64,000 nt of DNA from Macrostomum hystrix (Eukaryota; Animalia; Platyhelminthes). The stretch covers positions 2,790,001 to 2,854,000 of the forward strand of contig CATNEN010000011.1 of the NCBI GenBank assembly GCA_950097015.1, written 5' to 3'. Below are positions 44,001 to 57,889 of this stretch, in pieces. The position numbers were made by a program, and so were the translations under genes. Under the pieces are notes generated by a model, which saw only the letters and a list, made by a program, of their open reading frames with translations, was not told the origin of the DNA and made no database searches. How positions within the stretch are numbered: the stretch's first letter is position 1; each line of letters starts with the position of its first letter.

Positions 44001-44644
44001 ACTATCATGAATTATGTAATTTGAAAGCATTTTTCATGCTCTATAAATAACTACATTTATGGTCATTTAATTGGCAAGCAACCACATACAATCTTCGTCT
44101 AAAGTACATACTGAAAAAAATGTTGTTAAAAAGTATGCTTTTGCAATAAAAATTTCTACTGAAACATCAATATCTTTCTTTCCTCTTAATGTTTCATTGC
44201 ACATCATGCCTCAGCTTGTAGATAATTTCTTTAACTTTCAAATTAGTTGTTCTGTGAAACACAATAGCTTGTTTCTGTCTTGAATGAGACCAAGGAAGAA
44301 GTCAAAATTCTTGTTTGGTTTTGAAGATACACTGTTCAGTTGATGATACATTACCCTATATAGTGCCAAGGCATCAGAATACTTGATCTGTTTTTCAAAC
44401 CAATATGTATATTTAATGTCCATTGAATCTGCTTACAAATTAAGGCCAGCAAGCAAGTCTACCAACAAATAGCAAACTTCTTTGTCATTTCAGATTAAAC
44501 ATAAAAGTTAACAAGCTTCATAAAAAGAAATATTTAATTCAAAAATACTTCTCATTCACAGATTTAAAGAAAGTCCATTTCAAATACAAATGCTGAATAA
44601 GCTGGTTTAGATTCAGCAGCTAACAAATTGAGAGTGATAAAATC

Positions 44645-47600
44645 ATGGATCTGACCAACGACTTTAGCCTGCAACCGCATTTGCTTTCTATGGCAACTGC
44701 TCCAGGGCTGCAGCAGCAGCAGCAGGTCCCTAAGCTACCAGCTGTACCACCTCTAGTGCCGGATGCTTATGTTGGCATGCGTCTAGCAAATTCTTCCTCT
44801 TCTAGTGAGTCTCTGGCTGCTGAAGACAATTTCTCGTTGCCATCGCAACCAAAATTTCCACTGCCGGGTGCTTACACATTCGCTCCTGCGTTGCACCCGC
44901 ATCTGGCTGCTTCTTCGGCTGAAGCTGCGGCCATTGCAGAAGAATTAACCGACATTGCATTGGACGCTACAACAGACCAGTCAGCAATAGCTGCTAGGAC
45001 ATCAACTGTGGATGCAGACTATGCCGCAGCTTATCTAGATGATGGCGATGATTATGGCGCCTATAACAATGACGGCATTGCTGACTACACTGGAGCTGTG
45101 GCCAATGATGAAGGCGGCGTCAGCATTGGTGGCGGCCTACTCAATCCTAGCGTTGTAGCAGACATTGCCAACGATATTCGCGATATTAAGCGGGCCATTG
45201 CCCAGCAGAGAAAACCTCTGCCATCGGTTATGCCCACTGGGGCAAGTCACGGCAATGGGAATGGCAGGACAAGCATGGATTCCACAGAAGCTGGGGGAGT
45301 CTGGGTTCGTATGCCGTAAGTCATTTATGACTAACTCCGGTTTTAATATATTTTATTTATCCATGGAAGGGAACTGACTGCATTTATCCTTACCTACTCA
45401 GACCTACTACCTAAACGGTTCGTATCCTAGTGGTTATAGTGTCTGACGATCACGACTTGAAGGTCGGGGGTTCGATTCCCGACTCCACTAGAACAATTGG
45501 TGCTCTTTTGCTAGAAACCTACCACTGCATTGCTTCAATTCACCCAGCTGCTAAATTAGTACCAACATTAGCTGGGGGTACTTGAAGGTAGTTGTGGCGT
45601 CCCAACAGTCCACGGACTGAATAGCCGTGCGCAATAACTTGTTATTTTTTTCCTTTGTCTGAGATTCTCAGCTTCGGGTCTATTGCTCTCTGATTGCCTA
45701 CTTGAAATTTAATAATCCAATTCTATGTGCCTAGTGGATTAATAGCTGAATTAAGTATAACTATCAATAAGATAATAGAATGCTTCGTCATATAATTCTA
45801 GGTTTCTGCTAATTTCAGAAGTCCTCAATTAACGCAGCAGTCGCAGCAACCAAGTCTACCCCAGCCTTCACTGGCATCTAGTTTATGCGAGCATTCGCAC
45901 CCTTTCTATGGCAATGCCGCTGTTTCAACAGCCCCTTCCAATTTGGGGCCAAGTCAGGGCCAAGTCAACTCTCAGAATGGACACTCTAGGCTGGCTTATC
46001 TGCCTCAGTCTCCACCCGAGTTTACTGCTCAGCAGCAGCAGCAGCAGGCGCAGCATAGTCAGTCGAAATATTCATCTACTAGCAGTTCTCCCGTTCCTAA
46101 AAACGCGGGTAAGTTGATTAAATTGGCACATTGCCAAAAGGTTGTCGAAATAAATGACGCGCTTAAAAAGATATTTTATTTAACCATGTTTTGCTTCAGT
46201 ATAATAATAAAAATTGTTTTGCGAAGTCCCATTTTCAAATTTGATCTCGCATATTCGACCAGTGAGAGATTGAGTGGAACATTCTAGAATCAAGAACGAA
46301 CTTCCGGTTTAGCTATGCAAAGTTTCGTCTTAATTCTTCTTTTTTCTCTTGTGCCACTCAAACACATCCCTTCTATGCGTGCCTTGCGTGCCGAAAGCTA
46401 AAATGTGTAGACATCTACCTACTTTTCTTTACGTTTTAAGTATGCTTTGGAATCTGGTTAAAGGGGATACGTTGTTAAATTAGTCCAATAGTTTAACAAG
46501 ATCCATTAATCCATCATTGTGTTACATCGAAATGCATCTTTATTATATTTTCCAATAATCCACTAAGATTATTACATTTTAAATAATCACCCCAGTGTGC
46601 ACCGTTTGGTTAGTCCAATAATCCAACTCAATCCATCATTTGGTTGTTCCAATAATCCAACTACATCCATCATTTGGATGATCCATTAATCCAACTACAT
46701 CCATCATTTGGATGATCCATTAATCCAACTACATCCATCATTTAGTTGCTCCAATAATCCAACTTCATCCATCATTTAGTTGTTCAACTAATCCAACTCC
46801 ATCCATCATTTGGATGATCCAATAATCCAACTTCATCCATCATTTGGTTGCTCCAATAATCCAACTACATCCATCATTTGGTTGTTCCAATAATCCAACT
46901 TCATCCATCATTTAGTTGCTCCAATAATCCAACTTCATCCATCATTTAGTTGTTTAACTAATCCAACTCCATCCATCATTTGGATGATCCAATAATCCAA
47001 CTTCATCCATCATTTGGTTGTTCCAATAATCCAACTACATCCATCATTTGGTTGTTCCAATAATCCAACTTCATCCATCATTTGGTTGCTCCAATAATCC
47101 AACTACATCCATCATTTGGTTGCTCCAATAATCCAACTACATCCATCATTTGGTTGTTCCAATAATCCAACTACATCCATCATTTGGTTGTTCCAATAAT
47201 CCAACTACATCCATCATTTTGTTGTTCCAATAATCCAACTACATCCATCATTTGGTTGTTCCAATAATCCAACTAAATCCATCATTTGGTTGTTCCAATA
47301 ATCCAACTCAATCCATCATTTGGATGATCCAATAATCCAACTCCATCCATTTACTGATGACCAGTAAAAAAAGCAACAACAATAATAATAAGCATTCTCC
47401 ACGCCTGCTAACAACCCACACCTGACAACAGCACACGGTGTACAATCTGGCAGCAAGTCTAGAGTCGGTGGCGGTGACGTAAAATTGGAAGCGCAAATCT
47501 GGCGTTTCCCTCCAGCGTCTGCCACGGGCAGTTCTAGTCACGGCAAAACTAATAGTAGTGTTGCAGTTAACAAACAGAAGCTGAGACAGCAGCAGCAGCA

Positions 47601-50600
47601 GCAGCATTCAGATTGTAGCGATGATGAAGATTGCGATGATAATGATGATAGCGAAGAAGATGACTCGTCGGCTGGCAGCGATGCTCCCGGAGGCGGAGTC
47701 GTTGGCCGTCTAGAAGGCGGTCGGCGATATCTGACGGCTCTGCTAGCAGGCAGCAGTGGCGGTGGTGCCAGTAGTGGCTCGGGTTTATCCAACAGCAGGC
47801 GTCGGGGTCGTTACCTGCTCCTGCCGCAGCAGAGTTTAGTAGGCCAATGTTCGCCTCCCTTAAACTCGAGTCCTCGCACTAATAGCACTCAGGAAGTTAA
47901 GCAGATCGGCAGCTTGTCTAGATCGCAGAGTTCCCCGTCCGGTTGGCAACAGAGGCGACAGTTGACTCAGCCGACGCCAATAAATGAGTCTTCTGCTAGA
48001 GCAGGTGTCTGATGCTTCTCTGTTTGCTATATTTTTTAATTAGTGTTGTAACTTTGTTTTTCCTAGCCTGTTTAGTATTGATAGAAGAATTTCGCTTGCT
48101 GTTGTTTGACAATTCACATTTACCTGCAAGCACCTCTTTACAATTCACTTGTGTGCATCTGAATTAATTTGATTTTAGTCTCATTATATACGCATGATAA
48201 TCCTGCTTACTAAAAGTGACTATTCATTTTAACGGGAGGTCAGAAGTTTGAATCTTAGCCCAATATTAACCATTTGCGCCCTTGATCAAAACACTTTGCT
48301 GTAAAATAAGTAACGGCATTAGCTGGAGTAAAAACTGAAGTTTTTGTGGCGGAATCTGAGTCCGTATACAACTGCGGACTGAGCAGTTGTACACAGCTGC
48401 ATATAGCTGCGGCTGTACAACTGGGTATCTATAGCGGAATTTCTGTTTATCCATCTTCTAGAATTATTACTTTATTACTAAATTTAATTTGCTAGATATT
48501 CTAGTATATATCTTCCTAGTGACTTAGGAGCCTCAGACTTTGATTATTGTGTAAAAGAAGACGAAACTAACTTGGAAATAATCTTCTATGCCAACGAATA
48601 CGATAATCTAGGGATTATCTACATCCTCACAGGATTAAGCCTGTTTCACATAATTACATAGCTGTGTAGTATGTGTACCCAATATTTTGAGAAGGCAGTG
48701 CTTGCAATAGATTGCATGTTGGATGCAAATATGAATTTTATACAACATCACCGAATTATTGATTAGTACAAACTCACTTAATAATAGGTTTTGTCTGTTA
48801 ATGAAATTCTTACATAAAAAAATAATTTTTAGATTCCAAAAATATTCCCATCTTTGATTTTCATTGAATCGGTAACCTAGTTCATTTTGAACCGTTAAAA
48901 TAACGAGAAAAATCGCATCTGTTAGACTTAAGAATCGTTTGTTAGACTAGGGAGTCATTAGATGGGCTGGGAAATCATCTGTTATGCTAGTTAATCGCCT
49001 GTTAGACTAGTTAATCACACGTTAGACTAGTAATTCACACGTTAAGACTAATTAATGACACGCTAGACTAGTTAATAACCTGTTAGACTAGGCAATTACC
49101 TGTCAGACTAGGGAATTATCTGTTAGAGTAAGGCAATTACATCTGTTATATTAGTAGAATCACAACTGTTAAATTAAAGGGCTAGACTAGTGCAGTTACT
49201 TTATAGGTTAGGTAAGTTTAATCAGGTTAAATAATGTTTTGTCAGAAGCTGCATTCGCCAAAAGGAAGAAACAAATAAAAGCGGTACTCTAGTCTGTATT
49301 TTTTTGTCTAAAATGCAAATAAAAAGGTTTTTTAAAAATCATAACTGTATCAAGATTTTGAACTGCCTCCAGATCAAACAAAGCGTTGAATAAGGCAGCT
49401 CAGAACAGATCTAGGGAAATATTATAGCAGCAAAGATGATGCTAAGAGGGAGGGGACTGTCATACTGCGAAGATTGATTGCGAGACTTACCATGGCCCAA
49501 TGCCTGATTCCGTCATGCAGGTAAATTGAGTCTTGTCGTCTAGGATTTCTCCTGGGTCAGCCAGGCTCCGTGGCATAGGTTATTTGCTCACCTGTCTGCT
49601 GAACAAAATCCTCTGTTCGGATCCCTTTCCTAACTATCCCCTTCCATCCCTCACTCCCATGCGCCGAGTAGAAAATCCTAGATTTTTTGTCTCCGCCTGT
49701 GTTTTTACCGTCATTACCCAGACCTACAACTGTGTCCAGAGTTCAATATCTATCCGCAGATATGTTCTGTCCTTCTAACTCGCATCTGTTACCGTCTCCC
49801 CAATCCCTTAATCAACTGAGTGGTCTTTCTCTATCATTTATTCCCCTTTCCTCTTTATCCCGTGTCGCTTATCCTCGCTCGTGACTCTCAAAGGTTCCTT
49901 TTCACAAGCAACTCGTCTGTCTATACATCGATCTTTTCATCATTTACTAAGCTGTGTATGCGTGCGTAATATTTCTTTCGAGCCTTCAAGAGCTAATTAT
50001 TAGAGTCTTACAGCTCGTAGTCTTGAGTTTCCCTTTGTGCAACAAATCGAACAGGCTTATGTAGAACTTTTAACGTGTCATTATCATACTGTGTAATATA
50101 TACATGCGCAAGTATGCCTTATAGTAAAAGTTATAAACAGTTCGACTAGCTGAATAGAAAGTGTCTGATTTAATTCGCCAGTATCGTCTGGTGTGGCTAA
50201 GAAAAAAATTATTATGGTTAATCTCAACGCCTAATCTTCGGCCTCTAGTCCGTTCTCACACTGCGCTCACAGTTCCACTATTGACAGGCCTTTCTTCTAG
50301 TTTGAGTTGGAATACTGGGTGGCAGGGTATAGTTTAGTTAGCTTCTAGACTCTTAAATCTCGATCTGTGTGAGGACCTAATCTCCATTCTCGTGATTCGA
50401 CTATGTATAATAAATACAAATATATATGTGGGGTACACTTGGAATAAAATAGTAAATCCCACTTCGTTATATAGCTACTAATATTCGGCACATCAGCATT
50501 GTTGAAGCTAGACCTCGAAATGCCAACGTACATTGTGTGTGTTGCGATTACAAATTCCTTTCTTTATGTCTACTAGAGCCGTTCCCTACTGGAGACAAGC

Positions 50601-53600
50601 ACCTCTTTATCCCACAGTTTGTGCATGTGACAGTTTTTCTGTGCTAGCAGTAGAATTTTTATGCAAGTGTCATATTTTATAGTCAATTTGTATTGCACGC
50701 GTGGCGCTTACCCTGCCCCTATTTCACTGCACTCTCCTTTTATAGTTTCTTTGTATGTATATGCATACTCACTGATTGATTTGTCACCTTTATTGTTAAA
50801 TGTGATTTTTGTAACATTAGGCGGAGGGGTGGCGTTTGTTGGCGTGGTTAAAATCACGAAACCTATAGTCGCATTTCTATCCTATATGTATCGAAAAGTT
50901 CAGTTTTAGTATTGTAGACTAGCAATAATTCGCCCCACACGTATGCCTTTAGTTTTGCTTTTTATTAAAATGTCTCCAGTTCAACCTGAAAATCTAGGAA
51001 TATAGGGCTCTTTTTAGCATAGTGGACTAGTTAAGAGGGCCTACAGCACGTTCTTATTCTAATCTCATTCGTCCTACATGAACTCCACAGAGTATGACAG
51101 CGACGGTGACACAGACGGCCTGATGCAGAAGCAGTACGCAGCCACTGATCGGCGCGTTGAAATTCCCGAACTGCAAGCAGATCGGCAGAGCTTCGAAGAG
51201 AGACGAAAAGATCGCGGTCGCGAGGGTAAGAAAACATTTTTACTTCTTAAGAAAATTAGGAGCCGCTAGCTTTATCACCTACTAACAGTAGAAAAAATAC
51301 ATTTTTTTATTTTAGTTTAACAGTTTGACTAATTAGCACTTAACTCACTTGAAGCAATCTTAAAGTAAACAAAAAATATAAATTTAAATTATTTGCTACT
51401 AACTGCATGAGAAGACTTGCACATAAAAATAGCTCAGTGCACTAAGTTTGTTTCTAACGAATTGTGTTTTATATTTTAATAAACTAGCATGAAAAGCCCT
51501 AATGCCTTCTGTTTTAATTATTAGTTTTCTTGTTTCAAAGCAAATAAGCTTACAATAAGTGCTTTTTCATCCCTTTCTCGTCTTCGGAAGAAAGTAAGTG
51601 CAATTCTGATTGCTTTTGATATGGGCTGGAGTTGTTCTATAGCTCACATCAAACCATTGCACCCTCTATGAGTTTGCTTCACCCCTAATAATATATGTTG
51701 CCTTGAACTGTGATAATTTTGTATTAATATTCCAATTATCGTTTATAACGGTATTAGAGTATGCTATCATATTTTATATAATGGTAATGTAAGCACTTAA
51801 GATAATGTCTTACCCTCATAGAATGTGGTTGTGGAAATAAGATAAATTAAAAATAAATTAATTTAGTAACAATAGCGAATTTTTTGTTGTGAAAGATTCG
51901 TTTATTACAAAAAATATTTGTTGTAAGCTTCACCTGTATGGTAAAACAAACAAAGAAATACTAAACGTTAAAAGTCATGGGAAGAGTATAATCAGAAGGG
52001 AGAAAGTAGAATCAGAGGGGAAGAGAGTAGAATCAGAGGGGAAGAGAGTAGAATCAGAGGGGGAGAGAGTAGAATCAGAGGGGAAGAGAGTAAAATCAGA
52101 GGGAGAGAGTAGAATCAGAGGGGAAGATAGTAGAATCAGAGGGGAAGAGAGTAAAATCAGAGGAAGAGAGTAGAATCAGAGGGGAAGAGAGTAAAATCAG
52201 AGGGGAAGAGAGTAGAATCAGAGGGGAAGAGAGTAGAATCAGAGGGGACGAGAGTAAAATCAGAGGGTAAGAGAGTAGAATCAGAGGGGAAGAGAGTAAA
52301 ATCAGAGGGGAAGAGAGTAAAATCAGAGGGGAAGAGAGTAGAATCAGAGGGGAAGAGAGTAGAATCAGAGGGGAGAGTAGAATCAGAGGGGAGAGTAGAA
52401 TCAGAGGGGAAGAGAGTAAAATCAGAGGGGAAGAGAGTAGAATCAGAGGGGAGAGTAGAATCAGAGGGGAAGAGAGTAAAATCAGAGGGGAAGAGAGTAG
52501 AATCAGAGGGGACGAGAGTAGAATCAGAGGGGAGAGAGTAGAATCAGAGGGGAGAGTAGAATCAGAGGGGAAGAGAGTAAAATCAGAGGGGAAGAGAGTA
52601 GAATCAGAGGGGAGAGTAGAATCAGAGGGGAAGAGAGTAGAATCAGAGGGGAAGAGAGTAAAATCAGAGGGGAAGAGAGTAGAATCAGAGGGGAGAGTAG
52701 AATCAGAGGGGAGAGTAGAATCAGAGGGGAAGAGAGTAGAATCAGAGGGGAAGAGAGTAAAATCAGAGGGGAAGAGAGTAGAATCAGAGGGGAAGAGAGT
52801 AGAATCAGAGGGGACGAGAGTAAAATCAGAGGGTAAGAGAGTAAAATCAGAGGGTAAGAGAGTAGAATCAGAGGGGAAGAGAGTAAAATCAGAGGGGAAG
52901 AGAGTAGAATCAGAGGGGACGAGAGTAGAATCAGAGGGGAGAGTAGAATCAGAGGGGAGAGTAGAATCAGAGGGGAAGAGAGTAAAATCAGAGGGGAGAG
53001 TAGAATCAGAGGGGAAGAGAGTAGAATCAGAGGGGAGAGTAGAATCAGAGGGGAAGAGAGTAGAATCAGAGGGGAGAGTAGAATCAGAGGGGAAGAGAGT
53101 AGAATCAGAGGGGACGAGAGTAGAATCAGAGGGGAGAGTAGAATCAGAGGGGAAGAGAGTAAAATCAGAGGGGAAGAGAGTAGAATCAGAGGGGAGAGTA
53201 GAATCAGAGGGGAAGAGAGTAGAATCAGAGGGGAGAGTAGAATCAGAGGGGAAGAGAGTAGAATCAGAGGGGAGAGTAGAATCAGAGGGGAAGAGAGTAG
53301 AATCAGAGGGGAGAGTAGAATCAGAGGGGAAGAGAGTAGAATCAGAGGGGAAGAGAGTAGAATCAGAGGGGGAGAAAGTAGAATCAGAGGGGAAGAGAGT
53401 AAAATCAGAGGGGGGAGTAGAATCAGAGGGGAAGAGAGTAGAATCAGAGGGGAAGAGAGTAGAATCAGACGGGGGAGTAGAATCAGAGGGGAAGAGAGTA
53501 AAATCAGACGGGGGAGTAGAATCAGAGGGGAAGAGAGTAAAATCAGAGGGGGGAGTAGAATCAGAGGGGAAGAGAGTAAAATCAGACGGGGGAGTAGAAT

Positions 53601-56600
53601 CAGAGGGGAAGAGAGTAAAATCAGAGGGGGGAGTAGAATCAGAGGGGAAGAGAGTAAAATCAGACGGGGGAGTAGAATCAGAGGGGAAGAGAGTAAAATC
53701 AGAGGGGGGAGTAGAATCAGAGGGGAAGAGAGTAAAATCAGACGGGGGAGTAGAATCAGAGGGGAAGAGAGTAAAATCAGAGGGGGGAGTAGAATCAGAG
53801 GGGAAGAGAGTAAAATCAGACGGGGGAGTAGAATCAGAGGGGAAGAGAGTAAAATCAGAGGGGGGAGTAGAATCAGAGGGAAAGAGAGTAAAATCAGAGG
53901 GGGGAGTAGAATCAGAGGGGAAGAGAGTAGAATCAGAGGGGGAGAGAGTAGAATCAGAGGGGAAGAGAGTAGAATCAGAGGGGAAGAGAGTAGAATCAGA
54001 AGGGAGAAAGTAGAATCAGAGGGAGAGAGTAGAATCAGAGGGAGAGAGTAGAATCAGAGGGGAAGAGAGTAGAATCAGAGGGGAAGAGAGTAGAATCAGA
54101 GGGGAAGAGAGTAGAATCAGAAGGGAGAAAGTAGAATCAGAGGGAGAGAGTAGAATCAGAGGGAGAGAGTAGAATCAGAGGGGAAGGGAGTAGAATCAGA
54201 GGGGAAGAGAGTAAAATCAGACGGGGGAGTAGAATCAGAGGGGAAGAGAGTAAAATCAGAGGGGGGAGTAGAATCAGAGGGGAAGAGAGTAGAATCAGAG
54301 GGGGAGAGAGTAGAATCAGAGGGGAAGAGAGTAGAATCAGAGGGGAAGAGAGTAGAATCAGAAGGGAGAAAGTAGAATCAGAGGGAGAGAGTAGAATCAG
54401 AGGGAGAGAGTAGAATCAGAGGGGAAGAGAGTAGAATCAGAGGGGAAGAGAGTAAAATCAGAGGGAGAAAGTAGAATCAGAGGGGAAGAGAGTAGAATCA
54501 GAGGGGCAGAGAGTAAAATCAGAGGGAGAGAGTAGAATCAGAGGGGAAGAGAGTAGAATCAGATGGGAGAGTAGAATCAGAGGGGAAGAGAGTAGAATCA
54601 GAGGGGAAGAGAGTAGAATCAGAGGGGAAAAGAGTAGAATCAGAGGGGAGAGTAGAATCAGAGGGGAAAAGAGTAGAATCAGAGGGGAGAGTAGAATCAG
54701 AGGGGAAGAGAGTAGAATCAGAGGGGAAGAGAGTAGAATCAGAGGGAGAGAGTAGAATCAGAGGGGAAGAGAGTAGAATCAGAGGAGAGAGTAGAATCAG
54801 AGGGGAAGAGAGTAGAATCAGAGGGAGAGAGTAGAATCAGAGGGGAAGAGAGTAGAATCAGAGGGAGAGAGTAGAATCAGAGGGGAAGAGAGTAGAATCA
54901 GAGGGGAGAGTAGAATCAGAGGGGAAGAGAGTAGAATCAGAGGAGAGAGTAGAATCAGAGGGGAAGAGAGTAGAATCAGAGGGGAGAGTAGAATCAGAGG
55001 GGAAGAGAGTAGAATCAGAGGGGAAGAGAGTAGAATCAGAGGGGAAGAGAGTAGAATCAGAGGAGAGAGTAGAATCAGAGGGGAAGAGAGTAGAATCAGA
55101 GGGGAAGAGAGTAGAATCAGAGGGGAGAGTAGAATCAGAGGGGAGAGTAGAATCAGAGGGGAGAGTAGAATCAGAGGGGGAAGTATAGAGAATTCTGTCG
55201 GAAAAGAGGGTAAATGCTGCCAACCTACAGAATGTAATTAATTATTATGTAGCAGCACATAGAATTAGCAAAGCTTCTCATTCGCAAATGTTTTTAGTGG
55301 CCGTGCGTCACCCGGATCAGCCAACCGTACTAATTGAAGGCCTGCTATTCAGAGCATTGTATCTTGGCTCAACCCAGCTCATCTCTGAGGGGCAGCCCAG
55401 CAAATCGACTCGCATGGCCCAAGCTCAGGAGGCTGTGGGACGGATTAAGGTAATAATTTCTGTCTGTATAAACCTGTTTCATATTCTGTTCAGTCTCAAG
55501 GAACATATCTATTGTTCTTTAAGTCTGTAAGAACCAGTCCAATATTCTGTAATTCCTTATGAACCTGTCTAAAAACCTGTGCTGTAAGTCTTTAGCAGCC
55601 TTTCTAATGCTCTGTAGGTCTGTAAGAACCTGTCTAGTGTTCTGTAAGTCTGTAACAACCTGTCTAATGTTCTGTAAGTCTGTAGGAATCTGTCTAGTGT
55701 TCTGTAAGTCCTAAGGAACCTGTCCAGTGTGAGAGAGATACAATTCAGACTACTGACAACAGTAGAAAAGCAAAGACTTGGCTGCAAAACTCTCACATAA
55801 CACTAAAAAATATCGCCATAAAAAAGCAAGTTTAAAAGAGACTTCTGTGCACACTAAGAGTGGTGGGAGAGGACTGCGTGTGGCTATGGCTGACTGACAA
55901 AGGCAAACAAGCCAGAAACCGGTCTCGGTCTGCCAGCGCGAGGTTCGTTCCCCACTTTTAGTGTGTTACACAGTGTTCTGTAAGTCTGTAACAACCTGTC
56001 TAATGTTCTGTAAGTCTGTAACAATCTGTCTAGTGTTCTGTAAGTCTGTAGGAACCTGTCTAGTGTTCTGTAAGTCTGTAACAACCTGTCTAGTGTTCTG
56101 TAAGTCTGTAGGAACCTGTCTAGTGTTCTGTAAGTCTGTAGCAACCTGTCTAATGTTCTGTAAGTCTGTAACAATCTGTCTAGTGTTCTGTAAGTCTGTA
56201 GGAACCTGTCTAGTGTTCTGTAAGTCTGTAACAACCTGTCTAGTGTTCTGTAAGTCTGTAGGAACCTGTCTAGTGTTCTGTAAGTCTGTAGCAACCTGTC
56301 TAATGTTCTGTAAGTCTGTTACTCACTTTCTAGTGTTCTGTAAGTCTGTAGCAACCTGTCTAATGTTCTGTAAGTCTGTTACACCCTTTCTAGTGGTCTG
56401 TAAGTCTGTTACACCCTTTCTAGTGTTCTGTAAGTCTGTTACACCCTTTCTAGTGTTCTGTAAGTTTGTAGCAACCTGTCTAATGTTCTGTAAGTCTGTT
56501 ACAGCCTTTCTAGTGTTCTGTAAGTCTGTAACAACCTGTGGAATGTCTGTCTGCCATTCAGGCCCCAGACGGTGAGCATCAGCCGTGTGTACCGGTTGAC

Positions 56601-57889
56601 CTGTTCATCTCCACCGAGAAGATCATGGTGCTGAACACCAACCTTCAGGAGATCATGATGGACCATGCTTTGAAGACCATATCCTACATTGCTGACATCG
56701 GCAACGTGTTGGTGTTTATGGCTAGAAGAAGATTTCTGCAGCAGAACGAGCGAAGGCAAACTAAAATTGTGTGCCATGTGTTTGAAACAGACGAGGTGAG
56801 TAGGTGAAGACTTATTAAATGTTAATAATTGATTTCCCATTGAGGATGACACGGCTTTATCCCCACCCACCGAGGGTGTGAGTGGCAGAGCCGTCTAACG
56901 CGTTTGCCTCTCGCACCAAGGTCCCTGAACTCGATTCCGGGGCGAGGCAGATGAGAAAGTCAGGGCAGATGTACACACCTGTGTGAGCGTATGCCTGCGT
57001 ACGGTATCTGTGTGCTCAGGAGTCAACAGGATGGGCAGAATTGCCTCCTCGCTGGCTGCGGGTCTAGTGTCACCAAATGATGTGCCATTGTCTGCAGCCC
57101 TCCTGCAATTATTATTATTATTATTATTACTGTTTAATTCACCACCCACCGCTCCAGGCGCAGCTTGTTGCCCAGTCCATTGGCCAGGCCTTCCAAGTTG
57201 CCTACATGGATTTTCTGCGTGCCAACGGCATCGAAGATCCGGGCTATCAGCTGCGCGACATGGACTATCAGGACGTGCTGAATCAGCAGGACATCATAGG
57301 CGAAGAGTTGTCACTGTTTAGCAGGCGCGAAACTCAAAAAGAAGTTCTTGTTCCCAAGGCCAAAGGTGAACCGCTCGGCATAGTGATAGTGGAGAGCGGC
57401 TGGGGCTCGATGCTGCCCACTGTAGTCCTTGCCAACATGCAGCCATCCGGCCCAGCTGCCCGCTGCGGCCAACTCAACATTGGAGACCAGCTCCTAGCCA
57501 TCAACGGTGTGAGTCTGGTGGGCCTACCCCTGGCTAGCTGTCAGCAGCATGTTCGCGCTTGCAAATCTGGCACGGCGGCCAAGGTGCGCCTGGTGTCCTG
57601 TCCGCCTGTTGTTGAAGTCCTCATCCGAAGGCCGGATGTGAAATTTCAGCTCGGCTTCAGTGTCCAGAACGGTGTCATCTGTTCTCTATTGCGCGGCGGC
57701 ATCGCTGAACGCGGCGGTGTTCGAGTCGGTCATCGAATCATTGAGATCAACGGCCAGTCGGTGGTGGCAACTCCGCACGATCGCATTGTGTCTATGCTGG
57801 CATCTGGTGTCGGAGAGATCCACATGAAAACTATGCCGACATCGATTTTCAGACTCCTAACTGGTCAGGAGGCACCGCATTACATTTGA
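44645..57889 (+). CDS. APBA (lin-10): Mint/X11/LIN-10 adaptor: PTB + 2 PDZ (exons 44645-45315, 45819-46108, ~47432-48004, 51091-51225, 55298-55449, 56562-56795, 57158-57889)
   Basis: PTB: [17 protein letters not shown]...[17 protein letters not shown]...[11 protein letters not shown]1: [24 protein letters not shown]2: [37 protein letters not shown]-terminus GQEAPHYI. N-terminal exons are inferred from splice phase only. Confidence 0.9.
45417..45640 (+). mobile_element. tRNA-derived CORE-like SINE
   Basis: Head cctagtggttatag...ggttcgattccc; CORE-like ttgcttcaattcacccagctgctaaat. Confidence 0.55.
46610..47350 (+). repeat. 34-bp minisatellite (ccaataatccaactacatccatcatttggttgtt)n
   Basis: Tandem units. 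Confidence 0.95.
51990..55185 (+). repeat. 21/18-bp purine-rich minisatellite (agaatcagaggggaagagagt)n, ~3.2 kb
   Basis: Tandem units with an 18-bp deletion variant. Confidence 0.97.
55520..56540 (+). repeat. 30-bp minisatellite (ctgtctagtgttctgtaagtctgtaacaac)n, interrupted at 55731-55970
   Basis: Tandem units on both sides of a unique insert. Confidence 0.92.
56872..57130 (+). mobile_element. tRNA-derived SINE family A, internally deleted copy
   Basis: A-box tggcagagccgtctaacgc, B-box-like aactcgattcc, (att)n tail; lacks the middle segment present at 40780-40890. Confidence 0.65.
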
